Numbered from the stretch's first letter, positions 27,294 through 41,430 are shown. The stretch: 64,000 nt of DNA from the human T2T-CHM13v2.0 reference genome, Homo sapiens (GCF_009914755.1 NC_060936.1); one strand, 5' to 3'. Notes: a model not told the origin generated them from the sequence alone. Numbers and translations: made by a program.

Positions 27294-28325
27294 CTTGGGA
27301 GGGGATCTGGAAAGGTAAACAGAGGCTTCAGCCATATCTGTAATGTTTTATTTCTTTAAGAAATAATTGAAACAAGTATGGTCAAATGCTAGAGTTTGAC
27401 AGAGGTTGTTTACTACAGGGGTAACTTATATTTTTCTGTGTCCTTGAAATACTATTATAAACATATTTTAAGGAAAATACAAGGAAAGAACAGACCTCAG
27501 TTGTAGTAACAATACAAAGGAGAAACCATATTGAAATAAACATTAGTAAATGTCCAAGATCAATAAGAAGAAAACATATTACACTACCAAGGATTAGAAA
27601 GGAGGATATGAATAGACAGACATGCCATATCTTGCTTTTGGATTGTTAGACTTTACAGTGTAAAGAAATCTGAGCTTCCTCTGTTAGTCCATACATTCAA
27701 TAAATTCCCCTCAAAAATTCAACATAAATTCTTATGAACTACACAAAATAATGGATTCTAAACTCATAAGGGTAAATAAATTCACAAGATCTGCCAGATA
27801 AATCTGAGTGATGAAAAATAAAGGGTAGATAACTCAACCTTGTAATGAAACATGTTATAAATCTACTGTAATTAAAACAGAGGAGTATGTAAATAATCAT
27901 AGTTACATTTGAGCTGAAGTTGTGACCTTTGATTTGGATGGCTATAGAAGTAAAATTGTGTCAATCATTGCAAAATGCAGATTTACCCCAGTATATTTTA
28001 AAATCTATGCCATCCTCCTTATCTTTTTACTTTTTGCCCCAATTCAGATTTATGTCACCTTTCTTCTGGAAATTAACTGCTGTTCATACTTACAGTATTT
28101 TCTTCTTCAAGTTTCTCCTAAAACCTTAGCCAAAATGATTGATCATAAACACAAAATGTGTCAACTCCTTACATAAAATAGTTTAATGCCTCTTCATTGC
28201 ATCCTTGGCAAATGTCAGGCATGGTAACATGGAATAAAAGACAATTTAGGGCCCAGCCTTGGCCTCCCTCTTCAGCCTCATCTCTAGCACTGAAATAACT
28301 CTGAGAGCTTCCTCTTGTCCCCTCC

Positions 28326-28688
28326 TGATACGGTTTTATTGTGTCCCCACCCAAATCTCATCTTGAATTGTAGCTTCCATAATCCCCACATGCTGTGGGA
28401 GGGACCCAGTGGGAGGTAATTGAATTATGGGGGTGGGTTTTCCCATGTTGTTCTCGTGATACTGAATAAGTCTCACAAGATTTGATGGTTTTATAAAGGG
28501 CAGTTCCCCTGCACACACTCTCTTGCCTGCCGCCATGTAAGATGTGCTTTTGCTCTTCCTTTGCCTTCCACCCTGATTGTGAGGCCTCCCCAGCCATGTG
28601 GAACTGTGAAGTCATTATACCTCTTTTTCCTTATCAATTATTCAGTCTTGGGTATTTCTTCTTAGCAGTATGAAAATGGACTAATACC
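28326..28688 (+). mobile_element. THE1C-like MaLR solo LTR
   Basis: TGATACGGTTT...GTGTCCCCACCCAAATCTCATCTTGAATTGTAG...ATGGACTAATAC; perfect 5-bp TSD CCTCC (28321-28325, 28689-28693). Confidence 0.93.
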
Positions 28689-30224
28689 CCTCCTATACAC
28701 CTGGCCATTTCTCACTGCCTGGAACTTTTACCTTTTTGCACTCATTTCCTAGCATCCTATATATATAATTGATGGTTAGTAAATGAAGTGACTTATGGAA
28801 TATCCACTGAAGTCTTTTCAATAAACAATTGCATACATGCCCAAACAATTGATATTTAAAATAGACAAAAAACAATAAACTTCCTGGGATAGCAAGCTGG
28901 ACAGATATTTCTAGTTTTATTGACTATGTCCTTACACTGGTTTATTTACTTCACTTTAAATCAGCTTTAATAAATCTGTTTTTTGATATCAGTTAAATGT
29001 AGAAGAATCAAACCATAATCCGTATTTCTTCATTTTACAATGGTGGTTCCAAGAAAAACTCTAATGAGGAAGCTTCCCTCATCTTTTTGATCCATCCCTT
29101 TTTCTTCCTATATATGCTCTATAAATTATCATACACCACAAAAAGAAATAAAAGTGATAAACTAAAACAATGGGTTTAATTAGAAATAATCTGATCATTT
29201 AACTTTAATTACAAGGCTATTGGTGTATTTAAATTTCATTTTAAATGACATCTATTGAGCAACTATTTGCACTGGATATTATAAATATCAACTTAATACT
29301 TGAAATAGTATGTGCATTAGGCATTAATTCTATTTTACAGATGATGAAATGTGACATTGAGTTACCACTAGTAAATGCCAAATCTCAGAGAAGTAGACAT
29401 TATATCATTTCACTTCAGACTTATTTTCCTTGATACAAGTATTTATCCTATTTTTACTTATCTTTTGTGATGGATATTTACAAATAACAACTATTATTAG
29501 ATGAAATAAATTTTAATGGAAAATTTTTGAAAATTCTAGAAATGAATTCATAATGTATTATCATTTCTAATTGAATACATTTGAACTTGCTATTATGTTT
29601 TTTATTTTTTCTTTGAGAAGCAGAATTTATTTTCCTTTCTTTCCCTCTTTACTGTAGGGGGAAAAAGTCTAAGCTTTCAAAACTTCCAAGAGTTTTGTAT
29701 ATATATTCTGAAGAAATGAGACAAAACTCCTTCTATTTATAATAGGGCTTTTTCTCAAGTCAGACAAACTGACCCAATAATATCACATTACAGTGGGATT
29801 TTGGCCTAAAGTACTTAAAATATAACCCGTGTAACCTAGCCACAACTGAATGAAGCCAATAATGCTCTCCTACTGTTCAATGATAAAAAGAACTTCAGGA
29901 AAGTTTCATTTATCCTGCTCTTTCACTGTTCAGCAAGGTGACTGCCAAGTTGAGTTTACAATAGCTTAAATGGGCTAAAACTAAAAGCATTTGGTAGAGT
30001 GATATTTCACCATAGTAGTTCTTGTGCTCAACAGCTGAACTGAATTTACACGAAAAGGGAAGGAGGAAAATGGTTTGTCTTTTTTTGCAGAGAATTCTAT
30101 CCAAATTCACTTGCATTTAATTACTTCATATTTTGGAAATGACATTTTCAAGTGAGTAAAGTTTGTCTTTGCTGCTTTTCAACTCTTTCATCTTTCTTCT
30201 TTAAGTGTATATTTTTAATTTAAT

Positions 30225-30332
30225 TTTTTTTTTTTCTGTGAGACAGAGTTTCAGTCTGTTGCCCAGGCTAGAGTGCCATGGTGTGATCATAGCTCACTGC
30301 AGCCTCAAACTTCTGGACTCAAGCAATCTTCC
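30225..30332 (-). mobile_element. AluJ/FRAM-type 3' fragment
   Basis: GAGACAGAGTTTCAGTCTGTTGCCCAGGCTAGAGTG...ATCATAGCTCACTGCAGCCTC. Confidence 0.85.
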
Positions 30333-30484
30333 CTAATTTCTATATCTTGTCTTCTCTCATGTCCTTTGACTTCTATTCCTAGAGACCTGTCAGCCTTTGC
30401 TATTAATTCTCTTATAAGGCCTTATAAGCAATCAGTTTTCAGTCCTTAAAAAGTGATTCATGGTGCTATGATAATTTTCCTCCT

Positions 30485-31100
30485 CAATCATTAATCAAAT
30501 ATGCCAGGCACTGAGTGAAGCATTAGCATATGGTGGATGAGCAACTAATATTGGATGAGACAATGATACAATAATGAGTAAGACCCAATCCCTACTCTGG
30601 ATGAGATTATTATTAAGTAAGCAAGATGGAATAGCCAGTAATTAAATTCTGTTACCTTACAGTAGGTAATGAGTTAAATATATGAAAACTGTATTATGGG
30701 AATGCGGCGAGCAGGACAAATTATTCTGCAGGTTGAGGCCGGGGGAATGGGAGGCTTCATTAAAGAAGAAATGTCTGAGTCTTGTTGTGAAGGATGTCTA
30801 GGGTGAATAATTGGGACAGTTTTCTAACCAGTTGAGGTATTCACAAGCAATGGGGTTGGGCAAGGACCAGTTGTGTCCTGAGTCTTTCTATTGAGTTTGG
30901 AACGAACACAAGGTGTGGGGCGGGAGTGACAAGTGATAAACTTGGACAGTTAGACTTGCTCTAGACATTCAAGGACTTTCTTTGTGATGCTATTGAGTTT
31001 GAATGTAATCATGTGGGCAATGCAAGACAAAATAATTTTAAAAAAAATTGCAATGAGTGACATAGAGGCAGGGAGATTGTTGGAATAGTTAAGGTTGCCA
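30485..31100 (-). mobile_element. L2 fragment
   Basis: TATGCCAGGCACTG...GGAGGCTTCATTAAAGAAG...GAGGCAGGGAGATTGTTGGAA. Confidence 0.5.
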
Positions 31101-31253
31101 GCTCTGCCACATACTAGCTGTGTTATGAAATTACTTATCTTTTTGTACATCAGTTTTGTCAACAATATGGTGCTAATACATATGACTGGTGTAAAGATTA
31201 AATTAGGTAACAAAGGCTAAGTATTTAGAATGGGTGTTTAGGAAAAAACAAAA

Positions 31254-31610
31254 CATGTTTCTTGGCCACATAAATGTCTTCTTTTGAGAAGTGTTTGTTT
31301 ATGTCCTTTGCCCACTTTGTAATGGGTTGTTTTGTTTTTTTTCTTGTAAATTTTTTTAAGCTCCTTGTAGATTCTGGATATTAGATAGATTGCAAAAATA
31401 TTCTCCCATTTTGTAGGTTGTCTGTTTGCTTTAATGATAGTTTGTTTTGCTGTGCAGAGTTCTTTAGTTTAATTAAGTCCCATTTATTAATTTTTGCTTT
31501 GGTTGCAATTGCTTTTGATGTTTTCATCATGAAATCTTTGCCTGTGCCTATGTCCTGAATGGTATTGCCTAGATTTTCTTCTAGGGTTGTTACAGTTTTG
31601 GGTTTCACAT
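31254..31610 (-). mobile_element. Inverted 5' segment of a twin-primed L1PA (ORF2 remnant)
   Basis: ORF 31381-31626(-) contains [42 protein letters not shown], an L1 ORF2p sequence. Confidence 0.92.
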
Positions 31611-32003
31611 ATATGCCATGGAACACTACGCAGCCATGAAAAAGAATGGGATCATGTCCTTTGCAGGGACATGGATGGAGCCAGAAGCCATTATCCTCAG
31701 CAAACTAACACAGCAACAGAAAACCAAACACCACATGTTTTCACTTATAAGTGGAAGCTGAACAATGAGAACACATGGACACAAGGAGGGGAACAATACA
31801 CACTGGGGCCTGTCAGTAGCAGGGGTAGAGGGAGAGAAAGCATCAGGTTAAATAGCAAATGCATGTGGGACTTAATACCTAGGCGATGGGTTGATAGGTG
31901 CAGCAAACCACCATGACACACATTTACCTATGTAACAAACTTGCACGTCCTGCACATGTATCCTGGAACTTTAAATTAAATTAAATAAAAAAAAAAATAA
32001 AAG
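31607..32003 (+). mobile_element. Forward 3' segment of the same L1PA (about PA8-PA10 age) with poly(A)
   Basis: CATGGAACACTACGCAGCCATGAAAAAGAATG...GCACATGTATCCTGGAACTT plus A tail; flanking AAAACAAAACATG (31245-31257) / AAAACAAAACACG (32007-32019). Confidence 0.92.
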
Positions 32004-32888
32004 AACAAAACAAAACACGGAGATGAATGCATGAAGGGAATGAGGGTGGAAAAGATCCATCAATTTCAGTAGATTTCTGGAATGGAATAGCCTGCATTTG
32101 GGAACTGGTGTGTTGTGATGGGAAAGGTAGAGAAAGAAGTGAAATTTGCGCTGAGGTTTTCTAGCATGGTAGCATAAAATGCTACAGAGGGCCACAGGTG
32201 ATTGAAGGAATTCCTGTTAACATTTTTGTACAAAAGATGCTACAAATCTTTGCAAGAAACTGCTGTATCTTTCAGTTGATATTAGAATACATAGGACTGA
32301 AACTTAGAATAGAAGTAGTAGTTAGAAAAGAAATATTTGGGAACTAAGGGCGTAAAAGACAGCTGTTAAAGGCATTCAGGTTGAACGTGTGGATTAAAAG
32401 GTGGAAAGAATTGTTTGTTACAGCAGTTTTTAAGGATGACCAGAGGAGAAATTGCTAATGATAGATTCATAGATATATTGGGAAGGGAGATCTTTTGGTG
32501 CAAGAACTTCTCATGGAGGCGTTTAACACCTATGTTACATATCAGGAAAATAAAATTACTGTTTTGGAGAACATTTGGAAAAATAATCATATTTATTTTA
32601 TGTGTTTATTTTCAGCCCTTTGTTTCCTAAACAAATGTTTCCTTACATGTTTGTGATTGGACTGTAGCAATGTATAATCTGCTTCATTCACTTAATATTT
32701 GATGCGATCCATATTGTCACATAATCTTCATAATCACCGTATTTAGCAGCTATAAAAAGCCCATATTGAATTGCACCAAATTTCCTTGACTATTTCCCAA
32801 CTGGGAGATATGTTAACATTTTCTTCATTTTGTTCTGCCAAATATCTTCAGAACTAAAATGACTTTATCAGTTTCTCATTTTTCCTTA

Positions 32889-33664
32889 TGTTGATGAAGA
32901 GTCAAACTCTGTAAAATATTTGAAGAGATTTATTGTGAGCCAAATATGAGTGACCATGGCTTATGACACAACCCTCAGGAGATGCTGAGAACATGTGCCC
33001 AAGGTGATCGGCCCACAGCTAAGTTTTATACATTTTAGGGGGCCATGAGACATCAGTCAATACATGTAAGATGTACATTGGTTCTGTCTGGAAAGGTGGG
33101 ATAACTGGAAGGGGGCCAGGTTTCCAGCTTATAGGTGAATTTAAAGATGTCCTGATTGGCAGTTGGTTGAAAGAGTTTATCTAAAGATCTGGAATTAACA
33201 GAAAGAAAATGTCTGGGTTAAGATAAGGGATTATGGAGAACAAGGTTCTTACTATACAAATTAAGCCTCCAGGTGGCAGGCTTCAGAGAGAATAGAATGT
33301 GAATGTTTCTTATCAGACTTAAAAAGGTGCCAGCCTCTTAGTCAATTCTCTCCTGGATCAGGGAAAAGGCCTGGAAAAGGGCAAGGGAATTCTCTACAGA
33401 ATGTAGTATTTTCCCCACAGAAGACAACTTTGCAGGGCTATTTTAAGATATGGCAAAGAAACATATTCGGGGTTAAAATATTTTGATTTCTTTCCTTATC
33501 TGTCATGTGATGTTATGCCAGAGTCAGGTTGGAAAGTAAGGTATGTTGTATAGGGTTAAATAAAACCCCTCTGATGAGACTTTGTGGTTTGTAGGGAGTG
33601 ACTCCCTGGTCCCTTGGATAGGAATTTGGGCAAGAGAAGGAAAAAAATCAAAGTTTAGTTCTCA
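32889..33664 (-). mobile_element. MER4E-like ERV1 solo LTR
   Basis: TGTTGATGAAGAGTCAAACTCTGTAAAATATTTGAAGAGATTTATT...ATAGGAATTTGGGCAAGAG...AGTTTAGTTCTCA; flanks CTTA/CGTA. Confidence 0.85.
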
Positions 33665-34043
33665 CGTAGGTAGTCCTATTTATGAAACTGGATATAAATC
33701 ACAAAATGTCTATTCCACAGAATTGATATTTACTTTAACAGTAAAACATATTCAACTTTCCAACAATTATTGATGCAACAACTTAATTATTGGTGGCATT
33801 CTCACTTGCATTATTGTCATTTTCCATCAAGGTACAGGTATTGGCATCAAATGCTCCTTTTTAAAAAAGACCAAATATTAGCAGTCTTACTACTACCAAA
33901 TTATACTTAACTGTTAAAACATTTTAAGGTATCAAAATCTGCTTCAAATAATCTTGGCTATTCCAATACTTATTAACGAGCTTGATTCTGTATTTATTAT
34001 TCACTAAAGAATCAACCATATAAGCCATTATCATATATGAATA

Positions 34044-34747
34044 CATTATTGGCAGCAAATCTATAAGGGTCTGCAGCAATCTCAATTCTTGCCTCCTTAG
34101 AAGAAAGAATTTGACTGAGGGGCATAAGGCAGAAAAAGAGACCAAGGTAAGTTTAAGAGCAGGAGTAAAAGTTTATTTAAAAGCTTTAGAGCAGGAACAA
34201 AAGGAAGGAAAGTACTTTGGAAGAGGCCCAATAGGTAACTTGAAGGAAAAGTGTGGGGTTTGATCTTTTGAGTTGGGGTTTTATATATTGGCATACTTCC
34301 AAGGTCTTGCATCCCGTTTCCCTTGATTTTTCCCTTGGGGTGGACCGCCTACATGCACGGTGGTCTGCTAACACTTGGGAGATGAGTATGCGCAGTGTGC
34401 TTACTGGAGGTGTAGGCACGTTCACATGAAGCATTCTTCCCTTTTCCGGTGGAATGCCCGCGGAAGGTCATATACCAGTTAAACTCTGCCATTTTGCCTC
34501 TGAAGTGTGCATGCTTGAGCCCACTCACCCAGTTCCTGAGGTCTTATCAGGAAACTGTCAATCACCAGGTTCAGGTGTTTTTGTCTATTAGGAAATTGCC
34601 TTTCCCTGATGCTGGCTGTAACCAATTATTACTTTAGAGAGGCAGTGTGACAACTGCCTGGCCATCACCTGATGGTTGCCTGACATTCCTGGTGGGGTAC
34701 GGGGAGCCCTCTCCTGCCCCACTCCTACCTGACTATCTACTGTAACA
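34044..34747 (-). mobile_element. MER50 ERV1 solo LTR
   Basis: GGGTCTGCAGCAATCTCAATTCTTGCCTCC...CCATCACCTGATGGTTGCCTGACATTCCTGGTGGG...CTACTGTAACA; 4-bp TSD AATA on both sides. Confidence 0.88.
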
Positions 34748-34987
34748 AATATAGCCTAGACACATTACATCTAATGGAGATAATTAATCTGATAACATAG
34801 ATCAATGTGAAAACTCATTCTGTCTCTATCATTTAGTTTCCAGTTGGGAAATTCATGTTTTTGTTTGTCTCACTGGGTGCATAGTTTACAAATGAAGTAA
34901 TTATCATACATGGCATTTCTATCTCGCTTTTTCAAACCAGTTGAATTTTGTACATATTATAATAGTATTCCAATATTTTGTGAAGGG

Positions 34988-34988
<1 letters not shown>

Positions 34989-35022
<34 letters not shown>
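34989..35022. repeat. (TG)17 microsatellite
   Basis: Perfect TG run. Confidence 0.95.
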
Positions 35023-35024
<2 letters not shown>

Positions 35025-35025
<1 letters not shown>

Positions 35026-35980
35026 GTGACTATTTTAGATAAGGTGGTCAGAGAAGGTATCTTCAGAGAAGCAAGCCGTGCAAAGACATGGGAGAAGAAT
35101 TATAGACAAAAAAAGATGATAAAATACAACATGCCAGGAGCCTAGTGAGCAAAAGCCAAGTGATAAATTCCAGAGCACAAGTGATGAGGTGGCTGGCCTG
35201 GTGCACAGTGATGCATGATGCTTTTGCCTTGTGTTCTAAGTATGTGGACCCACTAGTGGATTTTAAGTGGAGCTGTTACCTAATACGATTTGCACTTTTA
35301 AAATATCAGTTTGGCTGCTGGATGGAGAATAGCTTGCAGAGGGGAGAGGAAGTAAGGAATCTAGTCAGGAAGATATTGTTGTAAATTAACAGAATAAATA
35401 ATAACACACGGAGTGGTAAGAAAAATTAGCCATATTAATGTCGATGGACTTGACTGTGATTTGATGCCAAAAAAAAGTGTTTCTTAATAGGAAGTTGAGA
35501 TACAAATAAAGACAAGTACATTACAAGCAACAAAAAACTACTTTGGTAACAAAGGCTTCAATTTGCATGACTTCTTTCTCAGCAATCAGTAGTCTGAGTT
35601 GAGTGAAATGGTGTATTCATGAAAGGAGAGTATTAGATACTAAATTAGATCTCTGTGCAGGCAGAGAGACCCACATTGTGGAGGGCATAAAATACGAAGT
35701 TCAGAAGTTTGTACTTCATCCTGTAGGCAGTCGTATTAAATGCAAATATTTGAAGAGGACCATGGAATGTACAATTTGGTGCTTTAGGCAGTGGTTTTTA
35801 GTATGTTTTGAGGGAATAAGAGTGCACACAAGAAGACTTACTGGGGAATAAAATAATAGATGGGATATAAATGAATATCTGAGCAGAAGCCAGGTTCATT
35901 GTTAACTGTTAGGTGAGAGACATTGGAAGGGACTGTCTGTAGGGTTGAAGAAGGTAGAATGAAGGGTAACTCCATTTTAT
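35025..35980 (-). mobile_element. L2 fragments
   Basis: TATTTTAGATAAGGTGGTCAGAGAAGG..., GATTTGCACTTTTAAAATATCAGTTTGGCTGCTG...; AAGTTTGTACTTCATCCTGTAGGCAG. Confidence 0.55.
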
Positions 35981-35994
35981 TTACATAAAAATTC

Positions 35995-36130
35995 ATCATT
36001 AATCCCTGCAACAAACTCGTGAGGTAGGTAAGATTCTTTTACAGAAGAGGAAACTGAGATGGCCATGGCATAGTAGCTTGCTAAATTCTCACAAATAGTG
36101 AGGGACAGAGTGGGATTTCTAAGCCCTGGT
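35995..36130 (-). mobile_element. MIR fragment
   Basis: TTAATCCCTGCAACAAACTCGTGAGGTAGG...TTTTACAGAAGAGGAAACTGAG. Confidence 0.7.
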
Positions 36131-37619
36131 AAATTATATAACACAGTCTCAAAATCTGCTGAAATAATTAAAACTTTCTAAAGATTGATTGTGCACACTT
36201 ATTGTACATATTCTCAGAATATTTATTTCCTTGCTGAAATAGTTGTTGTACTTGAAAACTGTTGTGCTTATTTACATTGTTGTTGCTAAGCTATTTAAAA
36301 CACAATGTAAAATCAAAACTTTATTTAAATAGAACTTTGGCTTTTATCCTCAGTGTATTCATTTAATCACAAAAAGTAATGTTAATGTGTTTGTTCCTAA
36401 AGTCTTTTGTATTGCTGTTTTGTTAAATCTATTTGCTTACTGATTTAATTAATGATTTGTCTATGACAGACCTAATTGGAGATTACTATGCTTAAAAAAA
36501 TGGGATAAAGTCAAAGAAATAAAGCTGTAGAAACAATTTAGTGGAAGAGAAAATGCTTTGACAATAAGCAGTAGTCTAAAAATTTTAAGTGCGATATATA
36601 TTTTTTATCTATGTTTTCTTGCTAAGTTAAAATTAAAATGTGCTAGACTTGAAAACAGACAAAACACCCCTGAGGTTCTTTTACCTGGTTTTATACCACA
36701 GTATTCTTTGATATTAGTGAATTATTTCAGTTTGCTTCTTTGCATTGTTATAGGAATGATTAACCTGGTGTTCTCCTGATTTATTAGTGCTATCTGAAAA
36801 GCACCAATACTTTATTATCTCCCTGGAATTCTTTTTCATTTTGTAAGAATCATTGAGAGACTGAGCTATATAATACTTGTATAGAGCTGTGTCTTCTTAA
36901 AGATTTAAGGTTAATCATTATAAATTAATAGTCATTGATTTCACATAGTGGACCAGTCATTGTAGCAAACTGAATGTACAGTAAACAGCCTATACCTCTA
37001 TTGTCCACCTTTCAGTTAACATACCACAATTCACTGATTTCTTTGACTGAAAAAATATTTCTTTTTTTATCCTTATGCTTAGTCCTGCACAGGAGTGTAC
37101 AGATATTGTGATGTATGTTAGTACTACTTGAGACGTCTTTCAAATGAACAAAATAAGACTTCCTCTGGGTAAATAAGAGCCAGAATATAAGTATAATTCA
37201 ATATTTTTTTTGTTAATAACCTGGTAGGACTAGGGTGAGGTCATAAAGAAAATGAGGAACTATCTATACAATGGTAATAGTAGTAGTTACATATGTGGTT
37301 TTGTTTTTTGTGTTTTGTTTTTTTATTTTTTTTTTCATTTAATCCTTGAAACCACTCAGGCAACCAGCTTATTTATAATCATGCCATTTTCATGGATAAT
37401 AGAAAATAAAGTTCTGATAGGTTAAGTAACATGACCAAAATCACAGAGTTTACATTTCATGAAAAGTAAATCTATATGTCGTGGCAATAGGTGTTGTGCA
37501 GGGCTTCAGTGAAGCGGTGTGAGGGGGAGAGCCTGGTGAAAGAGAAGAGTTGGAGTCTAGGGTGTTAGGGATGAGGTTTTTCACTATTTTACGTATGTGG
37601 TTAGGAAGTTCTGACTCTC

Positions 37620-39135
37620 AAGAAGGAAGGAGTGATCCACTGTCTCAAATTCTCCTACTAGTCCCTATAAGATGAGAACTGAAGTTTGGACCTTTAATTT
37701 GGTGGTGTAGAGGTCACTGAGGCTGTGAAAAGAGCTATTTCCTGGAGTGTTAAGAAGATAAGCCTGATTGAATTGGTTCAGAAGAATGAGAGGAATGGAG
37801 ACAGTATTAACAGCTCTTAAATGTTGCTATAAAGGAAAGCAGAAAAATGGGACAGTAACTGGATGAGGATGTGGGATCTAGGAAGGCTGATTGTCACTTC
37901 TAAGATGGAAAGTTTTTTAAAAATCAGGTTTGCATGATGATGAGTTCATCTACTAGAGAGGAATTATCAATGAGGCAGGAGGGGAATATTCTGGAGCATT
38001 GCCTCTAAGTAGATATAAAGGTATGGATGTGTTCTAATATATAGGGAGGGATTCACTGTAGGTAAAGTAGGGAAGCTCATGTATTTTAACAGAAGAAAAG
38101 ACATGATGCATGAATACAGATGAAAGTTAGTTGGTGGGTGTGGTGCTGGTGATATTTGAAAGTTCTCTTTTGATTGCGTTTTTTAAAAAAGAATTAGAAA
38201 GCATGGGTATTAGCTGTGCATGGTGGCTCACACCTGTAATCTCAGCTCTTTGGGAGGCTGAGGCCAGAGGATCGCCTGAACCCAGGAGTTTAAGAACAGT
38301 CTAGGCAAGATAGTGAGACCCCCATCTCTATTTTGAAAATAAAAAATAAAAAATAAATTAAAAAGCATGGACACCAGTTGAGAATCAGAAAAGAGGAAAA
38401 ATGCTACTAAGGGAAGAGAAATGAGACAACTCAAGAAAAGGCACTTTGGAGAAAAGAAAATATATTTATCTTGAGGATCTTATGTTTGAGATCCTCTGGT
38501 CATTCAAGAAGAGAGGATATCTAATCCTTTTGCTCAGTCAGGAGATGAAGTCTAGAGATAGATTTGGGTATTTATGGCACAGATATGGTAATTTAAACCA
38601 TGGTGTAAAATATATGGCCAGGGAGAACTAGCAGAGTGAGAAGAAGCCAAGGTCATAACTTGAAGAATTTCATTATTTGTTTAAATAATGGAAGAGGAGC
38701 CAGCACAGGAGGAAGAAAACAAAGATGGGTAAAGAAAAGTAGGATCAAACAGCAATGGCAATGACAAAATGGACATTTATAGAGTGTTCAGTTTTTAAAT
38801 GGAATCTAATAGGATGAAGACCAAAAAGAGACCACTGCATTTTTTAAAGTTAGGAAGTTATTGATTATCTAACTGGGAATTATTTCAGAAGAGTGATGGG
38901 TTTGAAATTACAATAGTGTTGGCTGCAGATTTGATATATTTGACTATGAGAGTGAAATGAAACATCCTGGGATGTTAATAGTTTAAACTGAGTCAGAGGA
39001 AGTTTTATGTTTTTATAAAAGTTAACTAAGTATCTCCTGTGTGCCAGACACTATTCCCAGTAGCCTTGGACAAAATGGACATTGTGGAAAACATATAGAC
39101 AAAAATTTCTATCCTCAAATTTCTTACATTCTAGG
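37620..39135 (-). mobile_element. L2 fragments, interrupted by a FLAM
   Basis: GTGTAGAGGTCACTGAGG..., GGAGATGAAGTCTAGAGATAGATTTGGG, TGTGTGCCAGACACTATTC. Confidence 0.5.
38212..38360 (+). mobile_element. FLAM_C / Alu left monomer
   Basis: Single Alu monomer with (AAAAAT)n tail; flanking AAAGCATGG duplicated. Confidence 0.85.
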
Positions 39136-41062
39136 TTAGGTTCTTTCTTTTAGCCTGGAAATTTTGTATCAGGAGAAGGAGTCAAAGGAGAGAGAGAAAT
39201 AAAGGAGGTGTCTCCAGGGCACTGCAGAGCTAAGAGAAATTCACAAAGTGTTTAGATTACATCACAAGAGGAAACCATGAGAAACTGTAAACCAGGCAAC
39301 CCTGGTTTTCAGTTTATGGCTTTTACATGAACAAGGATTTTGTAAAGAAACACTATAATTCAGTGAAAACAACAATATACTAGGGTGTCAGAAGACTGTG
39401 GTATCAGACCCACAGCATTACCAGTTATATGAGTTAAGGAAAGAATCCTGCAGAGCCATAGCTTCTTCTCTGCTAAGTAGCGATAACATCTACCTATTGA
39501 CCTCCAAGTGTTGTTACATTGGTCAGATGAAATTATATGGTCTCTAAAGAGCCTCATAAATTAAAGCGTTTACTATAAGAAGGTGCTAATTGACAAAGCA
39601 CATCTTCAGAATCTTGTGACCCATATTTTGTGGTTCTCAAATTGAAGCCATTTTTATTATCATTATTTATTCGTATTTATCTGAGTTCTACTGGAGTGAA
39701 TTTTTTTCATCTTCTTGATGTTTTTATTCTTAAATTTAAATTTGTAAAATATTTACAAAACATTTTATTAAGTTTTTTTATGAGCCATTAACAAAATAAA
39801 TTTGGAATATATAATTCTCCTTGACAACTGTGCACTAACACAGAAACAAAGGCTTTATTATGCCCTGTATGGTCACGTGTTTATAATAGATGAGCCTTGG
39901 CTTACAATGACTGCTTTGTTTGATGTTTATTAGCCCATGCCTTGGTGCAATTTAACTTGTCCTAAATTCACTGTTTCAGAACTACAACGTGTGTAGCACA
40001 TTCATTGTCCTTTGAATAATACTCTGTTGCTTGAGTAGAATCTCAAGAGACTATAACCTTGGGATTTTAAGGTTCTTTCCTTATATGCTCTAGAAAACCC
40101 TTAATGAAAGTCGATTATGTAAAGGCATTAAAACATTTTAAGTGGTAGAAACTGTCCTTATATGATTTTGAAAAAATGTCTGTTTTTAAAAAATATCTAC
40201 GTAGAGGATCGGGCTTACCTCACATTCTCCCCTTAGTGCTGATGTTAATGAATGTGATCCAGGTGTCAACTTCAACTAGTGGTTATTTTATCCAACTTCA
40301 AATAAGACAATTCTACGGTATAGTATATTGTTTATAATTCTAATCTTGATTCCAGGAAGTTTCCATAATTTTGATGATTATTACTTAATGTTTTACAATG
40401 GTTTCACAAAAGTTAAAGACAAAAACATTTTAAACATAACATTTTAAACTCTAGAACACTTTCTTTTTAGATACCCTTGATTTATAAAAACAGAATTTGT
40501 TTCTCCTTATTTTCCTCAATATTACTAAATAAAACAAACGGGTAATTAAGGTACTAAGGTAATGAGATTATCTCATTCAATCAATTTATGTTATAATTAA
40601 AACTGAAGTTTAAAAATATTCTGTGACTGCCCAAGCTACATGATTGGAATGTAGAACCTAGAATCCCTTCATTACCAGAGTATATGTCATTGCCTTTGGT
40701 GGTTTTCATAATTAAATATCTTCACATATGGTAGTGGTAGTTATGGTGAGGAAAGAGTGGGGTTGACCACAATCCTGCCATGTTAATTTTACCTTGCAGG
40801 GGCCTGCAACCATGTGAATACTCTGAAGCTCTAGTAATTTTGACCAATTCCCACTAAAAGGAGTGAAGAGAGGCAAACCTTATTCTTCCCTCCTCCTCAT
40901 CTCCTTCCTTTTCATCTTCTTCATCTTCACTATTTGTTGCTTTCTTAACTTTCTGAATATACTGCTATAAAAAAGAGGAAAATGCTGAAGAAAATTACAA
41001 TGACCTATAACTCCATGACTCAGAAATAGCCACTCTCTTTATTCTCCTATCTTATCATTATT

Positions 41063-41430
41063 TTTATTAGTCAGTTTTCATACTGCTATGAAGAAATACC
41101 CAAGACTGGATAATTTATAAAGAAAAAAAGAGGTTTAATAGACTCACAGTTCCACGTGGCTGGGGAGGCCTCACAATCATGGCGGAAGGGGAAGCAAACA
41201 CGTCCTTCTTCACATGGTGGCAGCAAGAAGAAGTGCCAAGCAAGAGGGGAAAAGCCCCTTATAAAACCATGAGATCTCGTGAGAACTCACTCACTATCCA
41301 GAGAGCAACGTGGACGTAACTGCTCCCATGATTCAGTTACCTCCCAATAGGTCCCTCCTATAACACGTGGGGATTATGGGAACTACAATTCAAGATGAGA
41401 TTTGGGTGGCGACATAGCCAAACCATATCA
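41063..41430 (-). mobile_element. THE1 (C/D-like) MaLR solo LTR
   Basis: TATTAGTCAGTTTTCATACTGCTATGAAGAAATACCC...GACATAGCCAAACCATATCA; perfect TSD TTATT. Confidence 0.92.

Larger units (their letters stand above)
23900..27900 (+). mobile_element. Second ancient L1M (ORF2 to 3' region), fragmented
   Basis: ORF2-like remnants: GAGTAATATACCACCACTAAGTGTGGCTTACTCTAGGAA, TATTCCACAAATGGCACTGGGAAAATTG, AAAGAAATGCAAAATAAAACTACA. Boundaries approximate. Confidence 0.6.
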
